Origin: Elusimicrobiota bacterium
Lineage (GTDB): Bacteria > Elusimicrobiota > Endomicrobiia > Endomicrobiales > JBDRNC01
Assembly (NCBI GenBank): GCA_043811535.1
Contig: JBDRNC010000037.1
Location: 69,039-133,038 of the forward strand
Direction: 5' to 3'
DNA length: 64,000 bases
Shown here: positions 29,956 to 38,817 of the stretch, in pieces
Layout of the letters: the number at the start of each line of letters is the position of its first letter
How positions within the stretch are numbered: the stretch's first letter is position 1
The notes under the pieces: generated by a model
What the model was told of the DNA's origin: nothing
Seen by the model: the letters and a program-made list of their open reading frames with translations, nothing else
Database searches by the model: none
Translations under genes and position numbers: made by a program

Positions 29956-30873
29956 ATGCCCCCAAAAATTCTTATCGCGGACGACGACGTAGATATTCTT
30001 GACCTCATCAAGTTCACGCTCAGCGCCGAGCAGTACGACGTGATAGAATGCCAGGACGGCGAAGACGCGCTGCGCAGGACCATCGAAGAGAAACCGGACC
30101 TTGTCATCCTGGATGTAAGCATGCCGAAAATCTCCGGTTTCGAGGTTTGCGAAAAAATCCGCGAGAATTCCTCGACATGCCTCACGCCTATCATATTGCT
30201 TACCTCGCTTTCCAAGACGAAAGACAAATTGACCGGCATCAAACTCGGCGCGGATGAATATCTGACCAAGCCGTTCGAACCGTTTGAACTGGTGGCGAGG
30301 GTGGAAATGCTGCTCAGGAGAATAAAAGAGACGATTTCCGCCAATCCGCTGACAGGGCTGCCCGGGAATCTTTCAATAGAAGCCGAGATAAAAAAAAGGA
30401 TGGAATCTTCAGAGGCCTTCGCGATGATCTATACCGATGTCAACAACTTCAAGGCGTTCAACGAAAGATACGGGTTTGACAAAGGGGACAGCATAATAAG
30501 GTTTATCTCGGTAATACTCAGGAAAGCGTCAGACAACTCCGGCGATGACAAGAGTTTCGTCGGGCATATCGGAGGAGAGGATTTTGTGATAATAACGCTG
30601 CCCGGCAAAGTTAAGGGGATTTGCGGCGAGATAATAGAGAAATTTGACAGGTTTGTGCCGGAGCAGTACGAAGAAGATATACGGGAAAAGGGCTATATTT
30701 GGGGCCAGGACCGGGCGGGAAAGGAAGTCCAGTTTCCGCTGATGTCCATATCCATCGGAACGGTCATAGCCGAGCCCGGCAAGTATCTCCACTATTCCCA
30801 AATCGTTGAACAGGCGAAAGAACTTCTTCAGAAGGCGAAGTTGACAAAGGAAAGTTCGTTTGAGATAGGATAA
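29956..30873 (+). CDS. Response regulator with GGDEF-type domain (GGEDF variant)
   Basis: ILIADDD, ILDVSMP, YLTKPF; NPLTGLPGN, FKAFNERYG, GHIGGEDF; AAGGA before ATG 29956. Confidence 0.92.
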   Translation: MPPKILIADDDVDILDLIKFTLSAEQYDVIECQDGEDALRRTIEEKPDLVILDVSMPKISGFEVCEKIRENSSTCLTPIILLTSLSKTKDKLTGIKLGADEYLTKPFEPFELVARVEMLLRRIKETISANPLTGLPGNLSIEAEIKKRMESSEAFAMIYTDVNNFKAFNERYGFDKGDSIIRFISVILRKASDNSGDDKSFVGHIGGEDFVIITLPGKVKGICGEIIEKFDRFVPEQYEEDIREKGYIWGQDRAGKEVQFPLMSISIGTVIAEPGKYLHYSQIVEQAKELLQKAKLTKESSFEIG

Positions 30874-30923
30874 TTAAGACAGTAAGCAGGGAGCAGTAAA
30901 CAGGAAGCAGGAAGCAGGAACGG

Positions 30924-30983
30924 CAACCAACCAACCAACCAACCAACCAACCAACCAACCAACCAACCAACCAACCAACCAAC
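30924..30983 (+). repeat. Perfect microsatellite (CAAC)15
   Basis: Counted directly; lies between convergent genes. Confidence 0.95.
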
Positions 30984-31006
30984 AATTAGCAATCACCAAT
31001 TAACAG

Positions 31007-32524
31007 TTAGCCTCCTAGTATAAACATCACCACGCCTAATATCACTGCTCCTGTAAGGATACCCAGAGCGACGCTGAGAATCGTAGCACCTTTATCTTTG
31101 GATTTTTCCTCGGTTTTTTCTCCGCCTCCACTTTTCCTGGAGGCGGTCTTAACCTTTTCAACTGTTATTGTTTTACTGCTTGTATTCCCGGCATGGTCCG
31201 TGGCGATTAGAGTTACTAAATTTTTACCTTTTTTAGGAGTGAGCGCCGTCATGAACGCGCCCTTGTTGTCCGCGGAGACGTCTTTATCATTTATTTTGAG
31301 GGAAGCGTTAGGCTCGGTCTTGCCTTCCACAATTATGAATTCGGTGTCAATTTCGTCTCCGTCCTTCAACGTCGTGAGTTCAATGACAGGCGCAGTCGTA
31401 TCTATCCTGAACTGAACCGGCTGCGAAAACCTTCCCTCGAAACCCAGTTCGTCTACGTACGCAATCCTGTAGTAGTAGATGCTGTCCGGCAATATGTATT
31501 TTTTGAAATCTATGCTGGCTTTCCCCTGCAGTTTGTTTATCTCGTCTATAACTACGGGGTAAAAACTGTAGCTTGTTGAAACCTGGATATGATATTTATT
31601 GATTATCTGGCTTAAAACCTTAGTCTGGCTTTTGCCGCTTTCGCCGCTGGTAGCGGGACCGGTGGCGGAAGGAGCCTTGATGTTAAGCTCAAGAGACCCG
31701 GACGTGACATTCGCGGTAGTGGAGAGCTTTGAACCGGGAATTTCAGAGCCGGATGCCTTGACATCAAATTCCGGCAGAGGCGGAAGGGCTCTAGCCGCCG
31801 ACGGCGCTTTTTTGAATTTTACTTCCGTTCCGAAGCCTTTTGTCAGCGTAACGGTCTTGCCTTGAGCGGTAACGTCCACTATGCCGTCATAAACTTCGAC
31901 GAGAGTGGTCTTGTCTTCCTTGATTTTGGCCCTGAAATCGGGCGCGGGACCGCGCGGTTCAATGCGCGGGTCGATAGTGGTATCGCTGGCGAGTATCCTG
32001 GCGCGCGAAGCCCGGACCCCGCCAGATAACAGGCTGACCTCTTCCTGTTTTTCTTCCGGTCTTAAAATTATCAATGAATTTTCGTCCAGCTGAAGAACTT
32101 CGCCGGAGAAAAACCGCACTTTTGCCCTTGATTCCTGGAAAGTTCTGAGCCCGTCCTCGTTGTACAACTCCATGTTTGTCTGCGCCTTGTTCCATTCCGC
32201 CTGCTTGTTGCGCCGGTAGCGCACGTCGTTGAAAATGTAAAACAGGGTGGCAGCCCTTAAATTCTCTTTTATGAGCAGGATAGGGACGCGCAGTTTCATG
32301 CCCGGCAGGATGATGTTAGGATCGGACGAGGGCAGATTATTGTATTTGATTATTTCCGGCCATGATTGCGGGTTTTTAAGGTAATAATTCGAGATGCCCC
32401 AGAGCGTATCGCCTTCCTTGACGGTTATTTCCTGAAGCACTTCAGCGGCGAGCTTCGCGGGCGCGAATTCAAGCGCCAACGCCGCCAGAGAGACGAAGAT
32501 AATGGTTATTGCCAGTTTTTTCAT
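31007..32524 (-). CDS. LysM + FecR-like + Ig-like protein with C-terminal membrane anchor
   Basis: Signal peptide; VKEGDTLWGIS..PNIILPG (LysM); DGLRT..LQLDENSLI..TLVEVYDGIVDV (FecR-like); ATDHAGN (Ig-like); C-terminal TM. Confidence 0.8.
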   Translation of the reverse strand: MKKLAITIIFVSLAALALEFAPAKLAAEVLQEITVKEGDTLWGISNYYLKNPQSWPEIIKYNNLPSSDPNIILPGMKLRVPILLIKENLRAATLFYIFNDVRYRRNKQAEWNKAQTNMELYNEDGLRTFQESRAKVRFFSGEVLQLDENSLIILRPEEKQEEVSLLSGGVRASRARILASDTTIDPRIEPRGPAPDFRAKIKEDKTTLVEVYDGIVDVTAQGKTVTLTKGFGTEVKFKKAPSAARALPPLPEFDVKASGSEIPGSKLSTTANVTSGSLELNIKAPSATGPATSGESGKSQTKVLSQIINKYHIQVSTSYSFYPVVIDEINKLQGKASIDFKKYILPDSIYYYRIAYVDELGFEGRFSQPVQFRIDTTAPVIELTTLKDGDEIDTEFIIVEGKTEPNASLKINDKDVSADNKGAFMTALTPKKGKNLVTLIATDHAGNTSSKTITVEKVKTASRKSGGGEKTEEKSKDKGATILSVALGILTGAVILGVVMFILGG

Positions 32525-32530
32525 GGGGAC

Positions 32531-34693
32531 TCAATCTGCCTTTTGCGTCTGTTGCGCGTGCGTCAGTATTTTGTTCATCGTAAGATTCTTCGGTATCGTG
32601 AAGATGAATTTTGAGCCTTCGCTTATCTTGGATTCAACCCAGATCTTCCCGACATGGGCATCAACAACGTGCTTGCAGATGGTTAGTCCAAGGCCCGTTC
32701 CGCCTTTGCGCTGTCCGGCCACTTGCTGGAACTTATCAAAGATCTTGTCCAGGTATTCCGAAGGTATTCCTTCGCCTGTATCGATGACGGATGCCTTTAT
32801 GCTGTCTTCAACGTCTTCGATCTTTATCGTGATAATTCCGTTTTCCGGCGTGAACTTAAGGGCGTTGCCCACAAGATTTATAAAGACCCTCTCGAGAAGT
32901 TCCAGGTCCCCTTTTATCACAGGAATGTCCGGCGCGATGTCAGCCGAAAGCTTGATTGTTTTTTTCAGCGCCTGCCCTTCCGCGAGCTCAAGCGCTCTTT
33001 GCGCTATGAATTTGAAATCAACGTCGCCGAGGTTTAGGTTCATTCTTCCGGCTTCAAGTTTCGCGTTGTCAAGAATATCGTTGATAAGCGTCAGCAGGCG
33101 CGTTGACGCCCGGTCCATTGTGTCAAGCATCTTTTTCTGTTGTTCGTTGATAGGCCCCGCGACCCCGTCCTGCAGGAATTTAAGGAATCCGCGTATGGAT
33201 GTCATCGGGTTCCTCAGGTCGTGCGTGATGGAATGCACGAAGTCGTCTTTAAGTTTTTCTATTTCCTTTTCCAGCGTAATGTTCCTGACCACGGTCACGA
33301 TGCCGATGTTTTCCTTTTTCTCGGGTGTGATCACTTCTTCCGAAGACAGCTGGTAAAAACGCATGAGATCGCCTATGGACAGGTCCACCTCTTTGGCCAC
33401 TTTTTGTTTAGGGTTGGTTATGATCTCTTTAAAAGTTTCTTTCATGGCGGGATGCTTGATATAATCAAAGATGGCTTTGTCCCGCCATCCTTCCCCTGGA
33501 ATCTCAAGTATCTCAAGAGCCCTTGTGTTGGCAAGTTGTATCCTGCCCTGAAGGTCCGTCATGATTATCCCGTCCGCGATCGAAAATATGACGGCTTCGG
33601 TCTTGGTTTTTTCGGCGATGATCTTATCCACCTGCAGCTGTTCGTATTTTTGAAGTTCGGCCGTCATGTCGTTGAACGTGTCGGCCAGCTCATGAAGCTC
33701 ATCGCGCGTTTTGATGTCAACGCGCACGGAAAAATCTTTTTTCGCGATTCCCTTGGCGGCTTCCGTCATTGTCATTATGGGCTTGATCAGCCCTCTTGCC
33801 GTGAAAAACGCGAAAAGCGAAGCGGCTATGATGCTTATCAGTATAAGCGCCGCCGCCTGATTGCGCATCTTGTAAACCGAAATATAGGCCTCGTCCTTGT
33901 CCTGCTGGATGATCACGCCCCAGCCCAGTTTTTTTACCGGCGCGTACGCCCCGACGAGCATTTTTTGCGTCAGCGGGTGGCGGTATTCCTTTGAGCCGAC
34001 GGAGACGGCCTTGACGGCTTCCTGAACTATGGGCAGGTTCATGACCGAAATTTTTGTATCCCCGAGTTTCATGTCCGGATGAGCGATGATCGCGCCCTGT
34101 TTGTTGACCATATACGCGAATCCAGTGGAAGCTACGCGTGCCTGGAATATCATGTTCCATATCGACTGAAGCGAAATTACCGCGAAAAGGCAGTGGTCTT
34201 TCGCGAGCGGATAAATTATGTCTATTCTCGGGATTTTTGACGAATAATATACCTGGCTTATCGCGGAACTCTCGGCGTGGTTCCAGAATTCCATGAAAGT
34301 AGGATTGTCTTTCAGTATCAATAATTTAGGGTCTTTTTCAAGGTCGGGGTTGAAAGCTTTGAGAAGTTCTTTTCCGTTTTTGTTAACGATAGATACTGAA
34401 ACGAGGTTTTCGTTCGTATCCAGAAGGGTTTGGAGCACCGATTGTCTTTCGAGCCAATCGGTCTTGCTCGAGATCGTCCTGATGACGAACTGGATCTCGC
34501 GGTCAATGCCCTGCAGGTAGTTTTGGATGGTTTCCGCGATAGATGACGCTGTATTGGAATGCAGTTCAAGTATGGCCAGCTGCATCCCGACGCGGTTGAT
34601 GTTTATAGTGCGCAAGCCAACTATCGTTGCCGGTATTACAGCTAGCAGCGTGAGAAGGATGGCGAATTTCGGGAAAAGCTTCAATTTAAACAT
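32531..34693 (-). CDS. Sensor histidine kinase (Cache-HAMP-PAS-HisKA-HATPase)
   Basis: Two TM helices, IIAHPD, RDELHELADTFNDM, HDLRNP, NLVGNALKF, GTGLGL. Confidence 0.95.
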   Translation of the reverse strand: MFKLKLFPKFAILLTLLAVIPATIVGLRTININRVGMQLAILELHSNTASSIAETIQNYLQGIDREIQFVIRTISSKTDWLERQSVLQTLLDTNENLVSVSIVNKNGKELLKAFNPDLEKDPKLLILKDNPTFMEFWNHAESSAISQVYYSSKIPRIDIIYPLAKDHCLFAVISLQSIWNMIFQARVASTGFAYMVNKQGAIIAHPDMKLGDTKISVMNLPIVQEAVKAVSVGSKEYRHPLTQKMLVGAYAPVKKLGWGVIIQQDKDEAYISVYKMRNQAAALILISIIAASLFAFFTARGLIKPIMTMTEAAKGIAKKDFSVRVDIKTRDELHELADTFNDMTAELQKYEQLQVDKIIAEKTKTEAVIFSIADGIIMTDLQGRIQLANTRALEILEIPGEGWRDKAIFDYIKHPAMKETFKEIITNPKQKVAKEVDLSIGDLMRFYQLSSEEVITPEKKENIGIVTVVRNITLEKEIEKLKDDFVHSITHDLRNPMTSIRGFLKFLQDGVAGPINEQQKKMLDTMDRASTRLLTLINDILDNAKLEAGRMNLNLGDVDFKFIAQRALELAEGQALKKTIKLSADIAPDIPVIKGDLELLERVFINLVGNALKFTPENGIITIKIEDVEDSIKASVIDTGEGIPSEYLDKIFDKFQQVAGQRKGGTGLGLTICKHVVDAHVGKIWVESKISEGSKFIFTIPKNLTMNKILTHAQQTQKAD

Positions 34694-34727
34694 CGTAGAT
34701 CGCTTGTGCTTGAAATTGTATCAAATA

Positions 34728-35915
34728 TTAACGTATTTTCGCAAGTTTTGTCAGCAGGTCTTTGGTCTGTTGATGGAAAAGTTTCTTGTATTTATTGGGC
34801 ACATTTTTTGCCGGGGGTATTTTAATATCCAGAAAATTCTTAAAAACCCCGTTCTGTGATATCCTGAAATCCAGATGAGGCCCGGTAGAAAGACCGCTTG
34901 AACCGACATTCCCGATTTGTCTTCCCTGTGTAACGCGCGCGCCGGACCTGATGCCGGGAGAGATTCTTGAGAGGTGTCCGTAATACGTGACATATCCGTT
35001 CGCGTGGCGTATGATGACTTGCCTGCCGAATCCGCCCTTCCATCCGGAGGAAACAACTGTGCCGTCGCCGATAGAATCAACAGGCGTTCCCGACTGGGCG
35101 GCGTAATCTATTCCAAGGTGGGGACGGACATATTTGAGCACGGGATGAAATCTTCTTTTACTGAAATATGAGCTTATTCTGCGGTATGAAAGCGGCGCTT
35201 TGAGGAAGGCTTTCTTTAGGGCTTCGCCTTTCGGAGTGTAGAATGATTTGTTGCCTTCCGGATCGGTAAAAAGCACCGCGTCGTACATATGTCCCGACGC
35301 GGTGTAGCGCCCGGCAAGTATTTCCTCTTTCAATATTTTACCGCTCTTTGATACGATTTGTTCCCTGATAATCTTGAAAATATCGCCCGCCCGCGGTTCT
35401 GTGAGAAAGTCTATTTCCCATTGGAACACTTCGGTGAAGTTCATGATTGTTTCGCCGGATATCTTCTTTGAGATCATGGCGTCCCAGAGAGTCGACTGTA
35501 TGACGCCCGTATCAGCCTGCAGGATTTTCTTTGATTCGACCTGCATTTTCTCCGCCAGTATTTTTCCTTCCCGGGTTCTTTCGACGGTATAGTAATCAAA
35601 TCCCTGGGTGTTGTAGCGGAACGAGATCCATGTACCGAACGTTGTTATCGCCAGTTCAAAAGTGTCGTCGATTTTGCAGTTTCTGGCGTTGAAGTCAGTC
35701 GCCGAGGTTAGTGTCTTGATAAGTTCTGAGGAGGATTGGGGCGTAAGTCCTGAATTCGTGAGTATTTTGTCGAGTATATCGCCTTGCTTTATTTTTCCCT
35801 GAAGATTTTTTTGCTGTGTATGCCTGCCGCATGCGGAAAATACAACGGCAAGCGAAAGGAATACCGCGAAATACAGGTTTATTCGGGGAAAGAACCCCAG
35901 TGTGTTAATCTGCAT
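34728..35915 (-). CDS. M23 family peptidoglycan endopeptidase, probable lipoprotein
   Basis: FSAC lipobox-like motif, RPHLGIDYA, YGHLS, STGPHLDF. Confidence 0.92.
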   Translation of the reverse strand: MQINTLGFFPRINLYFAVFLSLAVVFSACGRHTQQKNLQGKIKQGDILDKILTNSGLTPQSSSELIKTLTSATDFNARNCKIDDTFELAITTFGTWISFRYNTQGFDYYTVERTREGKILAEKMQVESKKILQADTGVIQSTLWDAMISKKISGETIMNFTEVFQWEIDFLTEPRAGDIFKIIREQIVSKSGKILKEEILAGRYTASGHMYDAVLFTDPEGNKSFYTPKGEALKKAFLKAPLSYRRISSYFSKRRFHPVLKYVRPHLGIDYAAQSGTPVDSIGDGTVVSSGWKGGFGRQVIIRHANGYVTYYGHLSRISPGIRSGARVTQGRQIGNVGSSGLSTGPHLDFRISQNGVFKNFLDIKIPPAKNVPNKYKKLFHQQTKDLLTKLAKIR

Positions 35916-36049
35916 ATTTGCTGTGTAATTCTATCAGTTTTTTAAGTTTTTGACAAATTCAACGGTATTTAGTATTATCTTGTAACAACAAAAAAGGCAC
36001 GTCGGTTTGTACTAATGGCTAATTGCCAATCGCTAATCGCTGAATTCAA

Positions 36050-36628
36050 ATGTTTAATATTTTCGATGTCATCATCTTAATAATAGCAATCCTGTGCGCT
36101 TACTTCGGTTTTTCAACAGGAGTGATCGCAAGCATGTTCTATGTCTGCAGCGGTTTCGCGGGTATGTGGGCGGCGCACAAGTTTTCCGTTCAACTAGGGA
36201 TGAATTTCTACCTTGTTTTTGCCATGGCGTCAATAGCGGTCGTAATAATCGGTTTTGTGCTGGGAAAGATACTGAAAGGCCTTCTGCTCGGAGGGATTGA
36301 TAAAGCGGGAGGATTAGTTTTCGGCGTCACGCTCGGACTGGCGGTTTTTGCCGTGTTGTTGTTTCCGCTTTCAAAAAAACTTCCTGAAAAACTTCAGAAT
36401 ATTGCGAGTACGTCCTTTTCAAGCAATAAAATAATGCCTGTTATGAAAAAACTCCTGCCCGCGATCAGCGAGTTCGACCTCGAGACCGTAAAGGAGTCCA
36501 TGCCGGACATAAAGCTTCCCGAAAAAATTAATCTTGAGATTGATGTTCCAAAAAATCTTAAAAAGGAAGCCGCGGAAGCAAAGGAAAAACTCAAATCCGC
36601 CGTCAAGAAACCTGCAGAAAAAAAATAG
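36050..36628 (+). CDS. CvpA family membrane protein
   Basis: N.FD.IIL..GF..G start, IDKAGGLVFG. Confidence 0.8.
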   Translation: MFNIFDVIILIIAILCAYFGFSTGVIASMFYVCSGFAGMWAAHKFSVQLGMNFYLVFAMASIAVVIIGFVLGKILKGLLLGGIDKAGGLVFGVTLGLAVFAVLLFPLSKKLPEKLQNIASTSFSSNKIMPVMKKLLPAISEFDLETVKESMPDIKLPEKINLEIDVPKNLKKEAAEAKEKLKSAVKKPAEKK

Positions 36629-36810
36629 AGTAATTCTTCCTCCATATATTTTTTAGAAAATAAATGTGGAGCACATTCAGATAAGCCGCCAGGCTTCTAA
36701 AATACCGCGACACACATGCGAAGCGCATACCAGAGTGTTTCAATTTGCAGAATAATCCGATAATTACAGGCAGACACAATAGACAACAGCGATACATTTG
36801 CGCGAAGTCG

Positions 36811-36870
36811 TGTAAATAATACTTGACATTATGTAAAGAACATATTACAATATGTAATGTAAGGTATACA
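36811..36870 (+). promoter_or_regulatory. Promoter (TTGACA-17-TACAAT) overlapped by three phased 18-bp operator-like boxes
   Basis: TGTAAA-N6-TTGACA, TGTAAA-N6-ATTACA and TGTAAT-N6-TATACA at 36811, 36832 and 36853. Confidence 0.75.
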
Positions 36871-36896
36871 AAATGTCGGGGCAAAGGGGTGATTGA

Positions 36897-37130
36897 ATGC
36901 TTCAAAACTACATCAGGAAGCTCAGATTTGAGGCCAATGACATTACTCAAGAGGCGCTTGCTGAAGCTGTAGGGGTTACCAGGCAGACCATAATTGCTAT
37001 TGAAAAGGGGAATTATGTGCCGTCGCTTCTGTTGGCGCTGACAATCGCGAGGTTTTTCAAAAAGAATGTAGAAGAAATATTCTATGTGGAATCCCCTGAC
37101 GTTGACTTCGATTCAAAAATAATAAGGTAG
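36897..37130 (+). CDS. XRE-family HTH transcriptional regulator
   Basis: TQEALAEAVGVTRQTIIAIEKGNYVPSL. Confidence 0.93.
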   Translation: MLQNYIRKLRFEANDITQEALAEAVGVTRQTIIAIEKGNYVPSLLLALTIARFFKKNVEEIFYVESPDVDFDSKIIR

Positions 37131-37148
37131 GTCGGGAGGTAAAGTAAA

Positions 37149-37751
37149 ATGGAAAGCAACATGAAAGGCAGTTTCGGGCAGAATGAGCGGTTTGTGGATG
37201 TGGAGAAGTATAACAAAGTAAATTTAGTATCAATGGCAATCGGGCTATTATGGGTTTTTGTCACGTGTGTGTTGACTTCTAATAATCAAATGGCAGCTCC
37301 GAGTGCTGTTCTTTTCGTAGTTCCTGTTTTGTTGGCTAGAATGGAATACAGGGCAGTATTAAAAGGCGTTCTTTTCCTGTTGCTGGCGGCAGTGATTTTA
37401 GCCGTCGTTGTCTTTATTCTTAAGGGATATTTAAGCGGTAAAATCATCGGAATTCTTTTCCTGGTGTTTTTCCTGGCTGTATTTTTTTGTCTGGCTTGGT
37501 TTATAAGTAAGTTGAAAGGCATGAGAATGTCGTTTCCGAAAGCCGATGAAAGAATGACAATAATAAGTTTGAAATCGGAGGTTATGGGACTCAGGGTCTT
37601 TACGGTGATCGTAGTTGTCGCCGTTTCCCTGCTCAAGGTTTTTAAGGTCCAGTTGTCGAGCGCGGATTATTATTCGATGATATTGGCGGCGCTTTTTATT
37701 TTCTCCGCTACATACTCAATCACTTTTCTGAAACTGAATAAAACAAATTAA
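37149..37751 (+). CDS. Multi-pass membrane protein (DUF2178-like C-terminus)
   Basis: About six hydrophobic segments, DER motif, GGAGG ribosome-binding site. Confidence 0.7.
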   Translation: MESNMKGSFGQNERFVDVEKYNKVNLVSMAIGLLWVFVTCVLTSNNQMAAPSAVLFVVPVLLARMEYRAVLKGVLFLLLAAVILAVVVFILKGYLSGKIIGILFLVFFLAVFFCLAWFISKLKGMRMSFPKADERMTIISLKSEVMGLRVFTVIVVVAVSLLKVFKVQLSSADYYSMILAALFIFSATYSITFLKLNKTN

Positions 37752-37944
37752 GAGGAGAAAAAATGGGCCGCAATTGCAATTCTTTTAAATTGATTTTATA
37801 TCTTTAGAATCGCATATTCAGCGGCTTTTTTCGTGCTGCATCGAACCAATTGAAAATTGCCTTAAAAATTGATACAATAATGCCTCAAAACGAAGGGCGG
37901 CAAAATCCTTTGTTTTGAGGTTTTTGTTTGTCTGGAGGCATAAC

Positions 37945-38817
37945 ATGAAAAAATTAAAACTCGGTTTTCCAAAAGGGAGCCTGCAGGAATCAACACTTGA
38001 GCTTTTTAAAAAGGCGGGTATCAGGATAAACCCGTCGTCCAGGTCGTATTTTCCGTCTTGCGATGATGAAGAGCTTGAGATAATGATGGTCCGCTCGCAG
38101 GAGATGGCTAAATACGTGGAAGACGGCGTCTTTGACGCCGGCCTGACAGGATTCGACTGGATATGCGAAAGCGGCGCGAAGGTCAAGGAAGTGTGCGAGC
38201 TATTATACGCGAAATCGGGCTTCAGGCCGGTGCGCTGGGTGCTTGCGGTGCCGAACGGCTCAAAACTGCGCTCTATCAGGGACCTGCGCGGAAAGCGCGT
38301 GGCTACGGAACTTGTCAACTACGTGAAAAAATATTTCGCGAAGAAAAAAGTCAAAGCCGAGATAGAATTTTCCTGGGGCGCCACCGAAGCCAAGGCCCCC
38401 GCGCTAGTTGACGCGATAGTAGAGCTTACCGAAACCGGCTCTTCGCTGCGGGCTAACAACCTGCGCATCGTTGAGGAGATTCTCACTTCAACCACCCGCC
38501 TGATAGCAAATAACAAGGCATGGAACGACCCGTGGAAGAGAAAGAAAATAGAAGGCCTGGCCATACTTCTGAAAGGCGCTCTTGCAGCCGAAGGAATGGT
38601 GGGGCTGAAAATGAACGTCGCCGAAAAAAACCTCAAAAAGATCGAACAGATACTGCCCGCACTGAAAAGGCCTACCATCTCGAAACTTGACCTGAAGGGC
38701 TGGGTCGCGCTTGAAGTTATAATCGAGGAGAAGACCGTCAAGAAAATCCTCCCCGAGCTCAAGCGCGCCGGCGCCGAAGGCATCATCGAGTATCCCCTGA
38801 ACAAAGTAATCTATTAA
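37945..38817 (+). CDS. hisG: ATP phosphoribosyltransferase (long form)
   Basis: [33 protein letters not shown]-terminal regulatory domain; GGAGG before ATG 37945. Confidence 0.96.
   Translation: MKKLKLGFPKGSLQESTLELFKKAGIRINPSSRSYFPSCDDEELEIMMVRSQEMAKYVEDGVFDAGLTGFDWICESGAKVKEVCELLYAKSGFRPVRWVLAVPNGSKLRSIRDLRGKRVATELVNYVKKYFAKKKVKAEIEFSWGATEAKAPALVDAIVELTETGSSLRANNLRIVEEILTSTTRLIANNKAWNDPWKRKKIEGLAILLKGALAAEGMVGLKMNVAEKNLKKIEQILPALKRPTISKLDLKGWVALEVIIEEKTVKKILPELKRAGAEGIIEYPLNKVIY

Noticed and set aside
30764..30985. ORF with LVGW repeats
   Set aside because: It is the translation of the (CAAC)15 tract, antisense to a real gene.
32502..33994. Long antisense ORFs (also 16397-17242, 46362-47408, 59897-60784)
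   Set aside because: Shadows of well-supported genes on the other strand, with no recognisable motifs.
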